Part shown: positions 36,864 through 46,670 of the stretch, piece by piece
How positions within the stretch are numbered: the first letter of the stretch is position 1
Layout of the letters: each line of letters opens with the position of its first letter
DNA from: Patescibacteria group bacterium
Lineage (GTDB): Bacteria; Patescibacteriota; Patescibacteriia; Veblenbacterales; UBA10138
Direction of reading: 5' to 3'
DNA length: 64,000 nt
NCBI GenBank assembly: GCA_041648575.1
Contig: JBAZOT010000002.1
Location: 34,038 to 98,037 of the forward strand
Notes under the pieces: generated by a model
Database searches by the model: none
The model's input: only the letters and a program-made list of their open reading frames with translations
What the model was told of the DNA's origin: nothing
Translations under genes and position numbers: made by a program

Positions 36864-36974
36864 ACCTTAAATCTTAACATAGCTAGACTGAATTTAAAAA
36901 ATATTGTAAAGTGTAATGAGTTTACAGAATCTTGAATCAAGAATCATAAATAATGATATATTAATATTTACTTA

Positions 36975-38078
36975 TTGATTCTTAGTTCATTATTTATTAT
37001 TCATAATTTTAACAACATGTCCTTTCAAGTGGGAATTGTTGGTTTACCCAATGTGGGAAAATCAACCTTATTCAAAGCCTTAACTAGAAAATCAGTACTG
37101 ATTGAAAATTATCCTTTTGCCACTATTGACCCTAATGTGGGGGTAGTGGAAGTTCCAGATGAACGTTTGGCAAAATTAACCAATATTTCTAAATCGGAAA
37201 AAACTGTTCCAACCACTATTGAATTTGTAGATATTGCCGGCTTGGTTAAAAATGCTCACCAGGGCGAGGGTTTGGGTAATCAATTTTTAGCCAACATCCG
37301 CGAGGTGGATGCTATTGTTCAAGTAGTTAGAAATTTTAAAGACCCTAATATTATCCATGTCTCGGGAACGGTTAATCCCCAATCTGATGCTGAAGTAGTA
37401 AATGTGGAATTGGCCATGGCAGATTTATCTACTGTGGAAAAACGGCTGCAGGCCTTAAAACCCAAACTTAAAACTGGACAGGATAAAGAAATAATAAAAC
37501 AAATTGAAATCTTGAAAAAACTGCAACCACAATTGAATAGCGGCTTACCAGCGCGTCTGATTAAATTTGCTGATGACGAACAGCAATTTTTAAAAGAACT
37601 GCAACTATTAACTGCCAAACCATTGCTATATGTAATTAATACTGACGAAGCTACCCCAAACATTGACACCAATTTAAAACCAAATATTACTATTTCTGCC
37701 AAACTAGAAGCAGAACTGGCTGATCTGACTATTGCTGAAGCTAAAGTTTACCAGCAAGAATTGGGTCTAACTGAAAGTGGATTAGAAAAACTAATCCGCG
37801 CTAGCTATGAGCTGCTTCATTTAATCACTTTTTTTACTTCAGGACCAAAAGAATCCAAAGCTTGGACTGTTCGGGAAAACACAAAAGCACCCCAAGCCGC
37901 TGGAGTGATTCATACTGATTTTGAAAAAGGTTTTATTCGCGCCGAAGTTATTGCGTATACGGATTTTGTTGCTTTAGCAGGTGAAGCTGGCGCACGTGAA
38001 TCAGGAAAAATGCGTTTGGAAGGTAAGGAGTATGTAATTCAAGATGGTGATGTTTGTCACTTTAGGTTTAGTGTGTAA
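36975..38078 (+). CDS. ychF: Ribosome-binding ATPase YchF
   Basis: G1 motif GIVGLPNVGKST. C-terminal TGS domain. ~365 aa. Confidence 0.9.
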   Translation: MILSSLFIIHNFNNMSFQVGIVGLPNVGKSTLFKALTRKSVLIENYPFATIDPNVGVVEVPDERLAKLTNISKSEKTVPTTIEFVDIAGLVKNAHQGEGLGNQFLANIREVDAIVQVVRNFKDPNIIHVSGTVNPQSDAEVVNVELAMADLSTVEKRLQALKPKLKTGQDKEIIKQIEILKKLQPQLNSGLPARLIKFADDEQQFLKELQLLTAKPLLYVINTDEATPNIDTNLKPNITISAKLEAELADLTIAEAKVYQQELGLTESGLEKLIRASYELLHLITFFTSGPKESKAWTVRENTKAPQAAGVIHTDFEKGFIRAEVIAYTDFVALAGEAGARESGKMRLEGKEYVIQDGDVCHFRFSV

Positions 38079-38829
38079 AAATAAACTTATGCCTTATCAA
38101 TTGGAAGATTTAAAACAATACTCTAGCTTAATACACGCCTTTTCCACTAAAGAAGATGGCAATATGTCATTTAAATGGGGGGAAGAAAAAGAAGTAGTGG
38201 CTAATCGTAAAAAATTTCTACATGAATTAAAACTTGAACCAACCAAGGGTATAACAACTGAATTAGTGCATGGCGACACAATTTTACGCGTAGGGAAAAA
38301 GCAAACTGGGCAAGGAATATTAAAACCACCAACCTTAAAATCCGACGGTTTAATTACTAATGAGCCAGGTATTTTCCTTTTTCATGTAGTGGCGGATTGT
38401 TTATCACTGCTATTTTATGATCCAGAAAATGAGGCAATTGGATTAGCGCATGCTGGCTGGCAAGGAACCGACCAACAAATTGCCAAAAAAATGGTGGAAA
38501 AATTTATAACAGAATTTAAAACTAAACCAGAAAATTTAGTAATAGGATTAGGGCCTTCGATTCATCGCTGCTGTTATGTTACCACCGAGCCAATAAAAGG
38601 GTCTTGGCAGACTTGGCAACCTTTTTTAACTAAAGGTAAAGATAACGATATTCATAGCAATGTTGTTGGTTTTAATATTTATCAACTTTCAGAGGCTGGA
38701 GTAGAGCATGAAAACATTTTTATCAGCGAATTCTGCACTGCGCATTCAGGAAAATTTTTCTCGCATTACCAAGATGTTCAGGACAAAAAACCCGAAGCGC
38801 GTTTTGCCGCGCTAATCGGGTTAAAGTAG
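38044..38829 (+). CDS. pgeF: Peptidoglycan editing factor PgeF / YfiH-family laccase-domain protein
   Basis: Conserved …DGLITNEPG…ADCLSLLFYDP… and His/Cys positions typical of YfiH (DUF152). Confidence 0.75.
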   Translation: MVMFVTLGLVCKNKLMPYQLEDLKQYSSLIHAFSTKEDGNMSFKWGEEKEVVANRKKFLHELKLEPTKGITTELVHGDTILRVGKKQTGQGILKPPTLKSDGLITNEPGIFLFHVVADCLSLLFYDPENEAIGLAHAGWQGTDQQIAKKMVEKFITEFKTKPENLVIGLGPSIHRCCYVTTEPIKGSWQTWQPFLTKGKDNDIHSNVVGFNIYQLSEAGVEHENIFISEFCTAHSGKFFSHYQDVQDKKPEARFAALIGLK

Positions 38830-38844
38830 TAATAATTTTAACTT

Positions 38845-40896
38845 TTACTTACTCAAATCAAGCTCATTGATTTTCAACCAGGTATTTTCATTAAGCACTA
38901 CTAGTTTTTCATTACCCACAATATACAAATAATCATTTAAATACAGCGCGCGGCGAGCGGTAATTTCACTAACAGCTGTGGTTAAAGCTAATTTGTCATC
39001 CTGGTAAGAAAAAACATAACCGCCCTTGCCACCCGGCATAAAAAATACATTATGCTTAGCATCCTGCAAAAAAGCATGATGAGTTTGTGATACTTCAGAC
39101 CAATAATCATCCAAAGAGTATTTATCTTTTTCTACTGGATTAGTAGGATCGCTAACATCAAACAGCGACAACTTAACCTTACCTGATTCTTGCCCCACTC
39201 CTAAAATTCTATTTGTGCCTAAAGGATGGAGATACGAAGAAAATCCAGGAATTTTTAATTCGCCTTTGAGCTCTGGCTTTTGAGGATTGGATAAATCCAG
39301 CACATAAAAAGGATCAGTTTGTCTAAAAGTTACCAGATAGCCTTGATCGCCTACAAACCGCACAGAATAAATTCGCTCGCCTTGTCCCATTTCTTTTACT
39401 GAACCTGTAACCTTTAAGGCGTTATCTAAAATATAAACATCGCTAGCGCTGTCACTGCCTAAACCCCCAAAACCACTAAACATACCAGAACCAACAGTAA
39501 TGGCAATACGTAAATGATTATTATATTCATCCAAAGAAAATTGATTTAAAGGCTGGCCCGGCACGCTACCAGTGGCTTGAACTGATAAATCGGTAGATTT
39601 TATTTTAACAATTCCCGTAACTTCCAGCTCGCGCTTATGCTCTACGGCATATTTTTCCATACGATTTTCCATTTCATTTTCAATTTTTAATTCCTCATCC
39701 GAGCTTAAACCACTCATCCACTGTTCTCCTAGTGCAGTAAATTCCATCATCTTAGCTTGTAGACTAATATCATAACTGCGCAACTTTTCCACTTTTTCAA
39801 TAAACCAATCAGGGAAAATATCACTATTAGCTTTCATCATGTTATAAAAGAAGCCAATCAAGTCACCCGGATAGGAATAAGTTACATAAATATTATCACC
39901 CGACATATAAACTATAGAAGTGCTAGAAGAACCAATAAAAGAATTGGTTTTTTTAATTTCTCCGGTTGCTGGATCAATAACTGAAACGGTATAAGTTATA
40001 TCTGTGGGTACATAGGTTTTGGGATGATAAATGCCAGTGCAAGGAACAGAAATTGAATTATTGTTTAAAGAAAAAGGTTCCAATGGACAAGGACGATCAT
40101 AAGAAACTCTGGTGCTAGTTATTAAATACACTTGACTATCATAAAGCCGGGCGCTGACTAGTTGGCTGCGGTCGCTATATTTTAATTCCCATTGTTGTTT
40201 GGGGTTTTGTGGATCACCAACTTCATAACCAACCAACTTATCATAAGTAAAAACCAATAAATTATTCTTAAGTAATAATAAATCTCCGGTAGTATCTATA
40301 TTGCTTATAACTGCTAATTCTGCAGGCGGCCAAGCTTTAATAGTTTTAATTCCGCCTTGGGGTTGAGGGATTGGTAAAATACTATCCTCCATCATGGGCA
40401 TTATCCCTCGCGTACCATAATAATATTGCGGTTGAGAAACATAAATTTGTTTACCGTCGGTTTTTACAACATCTGGCTCATCTATACCTAATACCTGTAC
40501 ATTGGTTTCAGAAACTCGCTCCGGACCAAAATCCATAGGCATGCCCAAATTTGCATCACCAGTAAGTTCTTTTAATCCACCCATTTCGCCACTTATTTCA
40601 GGTGCTACCAAAGCACCAGTTGATTGCCTCATTCCCAAACTACCAAAACTATCACCATAAACATTTTCTGCTTTAGTTAGATAATCTTTAAACTCCTGCT
40701 CGGAAGTAAATTTAGCCACTGAAAAATCCCCCGCTACTATTACTCCACCACCATTTTGGTTATCAGGAGATTGTGGTCCATTGATTATCGGTGCGATTAT
40801 TTCCTGGTGAGTATACAAAAAAACGCCAGCTACTACCAATACAATCACTGGAATAAATACCATTAATAATTTTTTAATAGTCAGCTGTTCTAACAT
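38845..40896 (-). CDS. Secreted/membrane-anchored beta-propeller domain protein (683 aa)
   Basis: N-terminal TM. Composition and repeat spacing fit a beta-propeller surface protein. No catalytic motif. Confidence 0.4.
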   Translation of the reverse strand: MLEQLTIKKLLMVFIPVIVLVVAGVFLYTHQEIIAPIINGPQSPDNQNGGGVIVAGDFSVAKFTSEQEFKDYLTKAENVYGDSFGSLGMRQSTGALVAPEISGEMGGLKELTGDANLGMPMDFGPERVSETNVQVLGIDEPDVVKTDGKQIYVSQPQYYYGTRGIMPMMEDSILPIPQPQGGIKTIKAWPPAELAVISNIDTTGDLLLLKNNLLVFTYDKLVGYEVGDPQNPKQQWELKYSDRSQLVSARLYDSQVYLITSTRVSYDRPCPLEPFSLNNNSISVPCTGIYHPKTYVPTDITYTVSVIDPATGEIKKTNSFIGSSSTSIVYMSGDNIYVTYSYPGDLIGFFYNMMKANSDIFPDWFIEKVEKLRSYDISLQAKMMEFTALGEQWMSGLSSDEELKIENEMENRMEKYAVEHKRELEVTGIVKIKSTDLSVQATGSVPGQPLNQFSLDEYNNHLRIAITVGSGMFSGFGGLGSDSASDVYILDNALKVTGSVKEMGQGERIYSVRFVGDQGYLVTFRQTDPFYVLDLSNPQKPELKGELKIPGFSSYLHPLGTNRILGVGQESGKVKLSLFDVSDPTNPVEKDKYSLDDYWSEVSQTHHAFLQDAKHNVFFMPGGKGGYVFSYQDDKLALTTAVSEITARRALYLNDYLYIVGNEKLVVLNENTWLKINELDLSK

Positions 40897-40965
40897 AATA
40901 TTAGTGCTTAATGCTTAATGATTAATGATTAATGATTATAGTATATCAAATTTAAATTTTATTGA

Positions 40966-42150
40966 CTATTTGCCAAGCACAATAATTTCTCTGGCTATTT
41001 TTTGACCAGGTCGATGATAAAACAAGGTACCACGGGGAGACAGCCACTCTTTGGGCAAAAAATCAGGAATAATATCTACAACTTTCAACCCCGCCTGCTT
41101 TAGCACATCCATTAATGGCAACAAAATAAAATCATTGCTTTTAACTATGGCTGGCCAAACCATGACTAAACGGCCATCACTGGTTAAAAAATTTGACAAC
41201 AATTTTAGCCAGCGACTATAACTTAACATTAAATCATTAACTATCAATTGCAGCTCCCGTTCTTTTTCCCTACCAGTCATTGGTTTACCTAAAAAAGGTT
41301 CGCAAACAATAGTTGAAAATTTTTGTTTTACCATATTTACCAAGGATTCAAGTGGTGAATGAAGAATATTAAACTCCGGAGTGATGTTTGGGTTTTTTTT
41401 CTGCAGCCATTGTAAATTGGTTTTAGTTCGCTCCACTGCCTCCGCGCTTGAATCACTGCCCACTAATTTTTTTATACCGAGGAGCGCCGCTTCTTGTAAA
41501 ATTGTTCCTGACCCGCAAAACGGATCTAATAAATTATCGCTGTTGGCTGATAAATTTATCATCATCCGCGCTAATTTTGGCGGCAGCATACCAACATAGG
41601 AATCGCGCGACGGCCTATCAAAATCGCGCTGTGAAAATTCAGCAAATGGCTGAACAGTAATAGTTCGACCCACTATCATTTTACTTTGATTAGGCATAAA
41701 AACAAATTCATACCCCATAGGCGGTAATAAATGATTTTTTTGTACTGTTACGGAAGATAAAATTTTGTCGCGCGATATTACATACCGCACCTTACCCTGC
41801 CCTTTAACCATTTTTTTTACTTCTAAGCCTAATGCGTTAATCCATTTTGGCAATGCTCCATACCAACTAAAGCCAAAATATAATTGTGGAGCTGGTTTAA
41901 TAACTTGTTTGATTTTTAAAACGAGCTCCTCCTTGGCTATTTCCCAACTGCCAATTATTTCGCCAATTTTTATTACTCCACCCAGCCGTTCTTGCCACCA
42001 AGCTACGTCCAAATTATCTGCCTCAACTATTAAAAATTCACGTGTTAATAATACTTCGGTCAATTTAATATTAAAATTCTTTGCCACTTGCCAGATTTCT
42101 GCTACCGATAACTCCGGCTCTCGGCCTAAAATAAAAAAATATTGGAGCAT
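40966..42150 (-). CDS. Putative RNA (guanine-N2) methyltransferase of the Trm11/RlmL (UPF0020) type
   Basis: SAM-binding motif DPFCGSGTILQEAAL and a downstream …CEPFLG… in place of (D/N)PPY. The N-terminal domain is THUMP-like. Confidence 0.5.
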   Translation of the reverse strand: MLQYFFILGREPELSVAEIWQVAKNFNIKLTEVLLTREFLIVEADNLDVAWWQERLGGVIKIGEIIGSWEIAKEELVLKIKQVIKPAPQLYFGFSWYGALPKWINALGLEVKKMVKGQGKVRYVISRDKILSSVTVQKNHLLPPMGYEFVFMPNQSKMIVGRTITVQPFAEFSQRDFDRPSRDSYVGMLPPKLARMMINLSANSDNLLDPFCGSGTILQEAALLGIKKLVGSDSSAEAVERTKTNLQWLQKKNPNITPEFNILHSPLESLVNMVKQKFSTIVCEPFLGKPMTGREKERELQLIVNDLMLSYSRWLKLLSNFLTSDGRLVMVWPAIVKSNDFILLPLMDVLKQAGLKVVDIIPDFLPKEWLSPRGTLFYHRPGQKIAREIIVLGK

Positions 42151-42202
42151 ACGTTAAGTATAACATATTCTTTTATTATTTTTTTATAACAATCTTTTAT
42201 TA

Positions 42203-42470
42203 GGGGTAGAGGGCTCAGAGTTGCGAAGCCCGCCCTCTACCCCTAACAACCCCACACCTGGCACGCTATTTACAAAAATGCCACCATCGCAAGGATCAGT
42301 AAGCGGCACGGAAGGGTGGCGAATGACTGGGCTCGCCCGTGTTTTGGTCCTCTGCGCATGGGGCGAGCCAATGAGCCACCCGAGTACCACCTAATCCGAA
42401 GCGTCTGTGTGGCGACTTTTTGGTTACCTTTTCTTAGAAAAGGTAACAAAGTATTTCTAAAATAAATATA
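42203..42470 (+). ncRNA. Candidate structured non-coding element, copy B (homolog of 18731..19100), in the region upstream of rpsF
   Basis: 5' hairpin ggggtagagggc…gccctctacccc and 3' hairpin gttaccttttc-tta-gaaaaggtaac. The ends are conserved with copy A and the middle is divergent. The 68-aa ORF inside has no protein-like features. Confidence 0.35.
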
Positions 42471-42657
42471 ACTACTTGCTTTATTTTTACCTATTTGCTA
42501 AGATACTAATACTTAAAAGCGCCCAATTTAGAGGCGCGCCATACCCCGACTTATCGGGGTTCCTATCAGTCCTACTTGGGCATAGATAGGAGCTAAACTA
42601 AATATCGGACGCTATTTTGTTTATGACTAACTTAACTTTTTAATCACCAAATTTCAT

Positions 42658-43125
42658 ATGAATCATTACGAATTACTATATATCATACCGCTGAAAATGG
42701 AGAGTGACTCTATTGATCCTACTGCAGAAAAAGTTAATTCTTTGTTAAAACAACTAGGTGCTACTATAACTTTGCAGGATAATTTAGGCAAACGAAAGTT
42801 GGCTTATCCAATCAAACATGTTCGTTATGGTTATTATGTTTTAACTGAATTTGATCTTGATAGTGAACCACTAAAAAAACTAGAACGAGAATTAACATTA
42901 TCTACCGATGTTTTACGTTATCAAATTCTTAGAAAGAAAATAAAGTCTCAAGAAAGGTTAGCGGAAGAAAAAGCACTACAAGACAAATTAAAATCCCAGC
43001 ATTTACGCGAGGAAACAAAAATGGCAGAAACAGAAGCTAAAGTGGTAAGTAAAGAAACAACCACTAAAATTGATGATTTGGATAAAAAACTAGAAGAAAT
43101 TTTAGAGAATGAAATAGTAAAATAA
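42658..43125 (+). CDS. rpsF: 30S ribosomal protein S6 (with acidic/Lys-rich C-terminal extension)
   Basis: S6 core (MNHYELLYII…GKRKLAYPIKH…GYYVL…). Operon rpsF-ssb-rpsR. Confidence 0.88.
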   Translation: MNHYELLYIIPLKMESDSIDPTAEKVNSLLKQLGATITLQDNLGKRKLAYPIKHVRYGYYVLTEFDLDSEPLKKLERELTLSTDVLRYQILRKKIKSQERLAEEKALQDKLKSQHLREETKMAETEAKVVSKETTTKIDDLDKKLEEILENEIVK

Positions 43126-43172
43126 TTTTCATTAATCTGTCGGATATCCGACAGTCAAAGGAGAATAAATTT

Positions 43173-43592
43173 ATGAATCTAAATAAAGCTATGATTATCG
43201 GCAACATTACTCGCGACCCTGAAAGCCGCACTACACCCAATGGAACAACAGTAACCAGCTTTAGTGTGGCAACTAACTTGCGCTGGACTGATAAATCCGG
43301 TCAAAAACAAGACAAAGCGGAATTTCATAATATTGTTGCTTGGAGAAAATTAGGAGAAATCTGCGCTCAATATTTAAAAAAGGGTAGTAAAATTTATATT
43401 GAAGGTCGTATTCAAACCAGATCGTGGCAAGATCAGCAAGGACAAAAACATTGGCGCACTGAAATTGTTGCTGAAAACATGATTATGTTGGATAAAATCG
43501 GCAATAGCCAACCAGAAACAACACCAACACAACCTGCTGAAGATATTGCCCCAGCTGATGATACTATTAATGTAGAGGAAATCCCTTTTTAA
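43173..43592 (+). CDS. ssb: Single-stranded DNA-binding protein
   Basis: OB-fold SSB sequence and an acidic C-terminal tip ending in …EEIPF. Confidence 0.9.
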   Translation: MNLNKAMIIGNITRDPESRTTPNGTTVTSFSVATNLRWTDKSGQKQDKAEFHNIVAWRKLGEICAQYLKKGSKIYIEGRIQTRSWQDQQGQKHWRTEIVAENMIMLDKIGNSQPETTPTQPAEDIAPADDTINVEEIPF

Positions 43593-43611
43593 AAAATAAT
43601 AAATTACTAAT

Positions 43612-43845
43612 ATGCACAAAAGGCAAGTAACTACTTTCACCAAACCAAAAGATTGCTACTTTTGCATTAGCGGATTTAATGATATTGATTATAAAGATAC
43701 TAGAATTTTGCAAAAATTTCTTTCTGGTTATGCCAAAATTTTACCATCTAAACGCAGTGGCTTATGTTTAAAGCACCAACGAAAATTTTCCCTAGCAGTT
43801 AGGCGTGCTAGAATTATGGCTTTAATTCCCTTTGTGAATAAATAA
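43612..43845 (+). CDS. rpsR: 30S ribosomal protein S18
   Basis: Conserved CYFC…IDYKD…LQKFLS…RRARIMALIPF. Confidence 0.9.
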   Translation: MHKRQVTTFTKPKDCYFCISGFNDIDYKDTRILQKFLSGYAKILPSKRSGLCLKHQRKFSLAVRRARIMALIPFVNK

Positions 43846-43884
43846 TTTAGTTCCTCGTTCCTAGCCACTAGTTCCTAGAAAGAT

Positions 43885-44448
43885 ATGTCTATACTACCTT
43901 CATTAAATTCCATAAAAATCGGTTTAAATATTTTAGTTAACAATGAGCCTTATCAAGTACTAGAGGCTTCGTTTATGCGCACGGCTCAAAGAAAACCAGT
44001 AATGCGAACTAAATTAAGAAACCTGCTTAATGGCAAAGTGTTAGAACAATCATTTAAACCGGGTGATAAAGTGGAACAAGCCGATATGTCTAAAATCAAG
44101 GCCAATTTTCTTTATGCGGATAATCAATGCCATTTTATGAATCAGGAGACCTTTGAACAATTTGATTTTCCTATAGAAAAAATTAACGAGGGTGTTAAGT
44201 TTTTAAAAGAAGGTTTAGAAGTAAGTATTCTTAATTTTAACAGCGAGCCAGTAGGCGTGGAATTACCGAAGAAAGTAATCTTAAAAGTAACTGAAAGCCC
44301 GCCTGGGGTAAAAGGCGATACTGCTGGCAATGTAACCAAACAAATTACTTTGGAAACTGGGCTACAAGTAAACGCTCCCCTTTTTATTAAAGAAGGCGAG
44401 GAAGTAATTATCAACACCGATACCGGCCAATACGTAGAACGGGCTTAA
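43885..44448 (+). CDS. efp: Elongation factor P
   Basis: 187 aa. EF-P N-terminal KOW-like region (…RKPVMRTKLRNLLNGKV…) and OB domains. Confidence 0.88.
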   Translation: MSILPSLNSIKIGLNILVNNEPYQVLEASFMRTAQRKPVMRTKLRNLLNGKVLEQSFKPGDKVEQADMSKIKANFLYADNQCHFMNQETFEQFDFPIEKINEGVKFLKEGLEVSILNFNSEPVGVELPKKVILKVTESPPGVKGDTAGNVTKQITLETGLQVNAPLFIKEGEEVIINTDTGQYVERA

Positions 44449-44449
44449 G
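44407..44449 (+). repeat. Direct repeat 1 (efp 3' terminus, encodes IINTDTGQYVERA*); pairs with 46560..46602
   Basis: 35/43 identity with a displaced copy 2.1 kb downstream that encodes IVNTETGQYVERA* and is followed by a rho-independent terminator. Confidence 0.55.
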
Positions 44450-44613
44450 ATAATTTGATTTTAACAAATCACCTCTGATGTTTTTCAACTCGGCGGCGAT
44501 TTTTGGCTGCTCCTTAGCCCCTTGCCAAAAACCTTGACAAGATTAGAGCCAAAGCTTAAGATAATCACAAACTAAACTAATTCAAAATTGTTCAATAAAA
44601 ATAGGAGTTTATC

Positions 44614-45291
44614 ATGTCATTTGTAACTTATTTACTTGTGCTTGGGGCAGTGTCGGCCATTGTCTGGCCTATCTCTTGGTTTATTTTCAGGTGGAAAAAG
44701 ATCTGCGCGCCGGGATTTCGTGGTTTTTTCATGTGGCCTGCAACTTGGTTTGTACTTTATTTGACTAACTGGGCTTGGTTAATTGATGTGCCTGGGGCTA
44801 ATACAATGCTAGTTGAAAACGGAAAAATTGTCCGAGTCTTTCCGGAATCAATTATTATGTGGCAAGGCGCTATTAATATAGATAGCTTGGTTTCCTACGC
44901 TGCTTTTACAAAAGCTATTGAGCTGACCCTACCATTTGATCAATCTCTGGTGTTAAAGGGCCAAGCTATGGACGCAGAGTTGGATACGCTCGCGAAAAAA
45001 GTAACCTGGCGATTATTTTTGACAATCGGCGGCTCGCCTGAAGAAATGCTTAAATTCAGGAAAATTATCGGAATTCCAGGAGATAGTCTGGCAATAGTAG
45101 CGTATATTATGGGCCCTCTAAAGAATGGGATTAACTACGATCGCGAGAAATTGTTAACTGCGTACGATTTATTTTACGAAGAAAATAATGAACTACCTTG
45201 TTATGAACTAGTAAAATCTTATCTGTTACCAACCCTCTCTAACGCTGACATGAAACTTAAAACTGCAACGTTAAAATTTAGTTCATCATAA
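44614..45291 (+). CDS. Hypothetical membrane protein (2 N-terminal TM helices + soluble domain), cargo of the efp islet
   Basis: Strong RBS (aggagtttatcATG). Trp-rich TM segments. No known motif. Confidence 0.4.
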   Translation: MSFVTYLLVLGAVSAIVWPISWFIFRWKKICAPGFRGFFMWPATWFVLYLTNWAWLIDVPGANTMLVENGKIVRVFPESIIMWQGAINIDSLVSYAAFTKAIELTLPFDQSLVLKGQAMDAELDTLAKKVTWRLFLTIGGSPEEMLKFRKIIGIPGDSLAIVAYIMGPLKNGINYDREKLLTAYDLFYEENNELPCYELVKSYLLPTLSNADMKLKTATLKFSSS

Positions 45292-45416
45292 GATAACCAG
45301 CTAATGATAAAACCGACTGTTTAAAAACAGCAGTCGGCTCTTTTATTTTATAAAATTACTTTTCTTCGGCTCTGGCCTGCTTCATTTTTCCCCAAACCGT
45401 TTGTCTTGTTTATCCT

Positions 45417-46505
45417 CTATTTAACCGCGTAATTTTGGGCGGCAAAATTATACTGCGTGATGAATATTTTCTTAAACGGCACAATTGAATTTAATTCATA
45501 AAATACCAGCATCGCTTCACGATAATCATTTTCATCAACACTGCGATACGACAGAGGCGCCGAGCCATGCGCCAATAACAAAGCGTTGGCCATCAGTCGG
45601 CTGGTTCTTTTATTGCCATCCTCAAACGGCTGAATATAACCAATACCCAAAAGAGCAATCAACGCTTTAGCATAGGGCGTTGACATTTGTGATACAGCCG
45701 CGCCAAGATCATTAATTGCTTCAGTAATTTGATAAATATTATCTAACGGTCGGTAAACTGATCCAACTACGCCGACTGGTTTTTCACGCAAACCCAAATC
45801 CACGCTTAAATCTTTAACCAAAATAGCATGCAGTTCTTCTAAATTTGGCTGCGTAATTGTTTTAAATTGCGAAGTATATTCGCGAACAAAATTAAAAGCA
45901 TCTTTATGGTTCAAAATCATTTGTGTCTCTTGTTGTGTCTTACCGAGCGCTGCTTTGTTCTCTAGAATTAACTTTTCCGTATCCAAAAGAGTATAGGTAT
46001 TGCCCTCAATTTTTGATGACTTCCAAGACAGCTCAATAATAAGCCGCTCTAATTCTTTTCTTTGAATAGTCGTTGGTAAATCTCTTGTTCTTTTTTTATA
46101 TTCAGAGGTTGCGCTATCCAAAATTTTCAACTCATCGGTTGTAAAAATATCTGATTTTAAACCAGGCAGTAAATCAAAATTATACCGGTTTAGACCGTAA
46201 CGTTTATCTGGTTCAAGGGAACAATATTTATGGGCATCAACTTCGGCAAATATTCTGCCCAGCGAGCTTATATCATAGCTGGTGGATCGCCCAGAACCTG
46301 CCGCAACCAAAACACCAACACTCGCCATTTCGGACAAAGCTCTTTTTATTGTAACCAAAGAAATATCCTCCCCTTGTTTAACTATCTCGGCATACACGGC
46401 CGATGACTGCATTTTTCCTTTCTCAAGGATAATGGCAGTTATTTTTTGTTGTTTTGTAATTAATTTAATCATTTTCGTATCATTTATATACTTTAATCGT
46501 ATCAT
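45417..46505 (-). CDS. Fic-fold protein with N-terminal winged-helix domain and degenerate active-site motif (QPFEDGNKRTSR; catalytic His replaced by Gln)
   Basis: The Fic core pattern xPFxDGNxR is present with Gln at the His position and Lys in place of the second Gly. Inhibitory-type motif SSKIEGN upstream. N-terminal wHTH (…SLVTIKRALSEM…). Confidence 0.65.
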   Translation of the reverse strand: MIRLKYINDTKMIKLITKQQKITAIILEKGKMQSSAVYAEIVKQGEDISLVTIKRALSEMASVGVLVAAGSGRSTSYDISSLGRIFAEVDAHKYCSLEPDKRYGLNRYNFDLLPGLKSDIFTTDELKILDSATSEYKKRTRDLPTTIQRKELERLIIELSWKSSKIEGNTYTLLDTEKLILENKAALGKTQQETQMILNHKDAFNFVREYTSQFKTITQPNLEELHAILVKDLSVDLGLREKPVGVVGSVYRPLDNIYQITEAINDLGAAVSQMSTPYAKALIALLGIGYIQPFEDGNKRTSRLMANALLLAHGSAPLSYRSVDENDYREAMLVFYELNSIVPFKKIFITQYNFAAQNYAVK

Positions 46506-46559
46506 ATTGATACGATTAAAACAAAGCCTTAAAACTTAACCAAAAACGGAGAAGATATA

Positions 46560-46602
46560 ATCGTTAACACCGAAACCGGGCAGTACGTAGAACGAGCTTA
46601 AA
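46560..46602 (+). repeat. Direct repeat 2: displaced original efp 3' terminus (…IVNTETGQYVERA*), followed by terminator at 46616..46642
   Basis: In-frame remnant with TAA at 46598..46600. Hairpin agccg…cggct + TTTTTT immediately downstream. Confidence 0.55.
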
Positions 46603-46670
46603 ATTAACTAAGATAAAAGCCGCCAGATAGCGGCTTTTTTAATTCTTATGCGAAGCCAATAACAATGCGA

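Larger units (their letters stand above)
44450..46559. mobile_element. About 2.1-kb integrated islet at the efp 3' end (att-like duplication of the efp terminus); carries a membrane protein gene and a degenerate Fic gene; no integrase
   Basis: Bounded by imperfect 43-bp direct repeats of the efp terminus. Internal genes are visibly GC-richer than the flanks. The original efp terminator is retained after the distal repeat. Confidence 0.5.
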
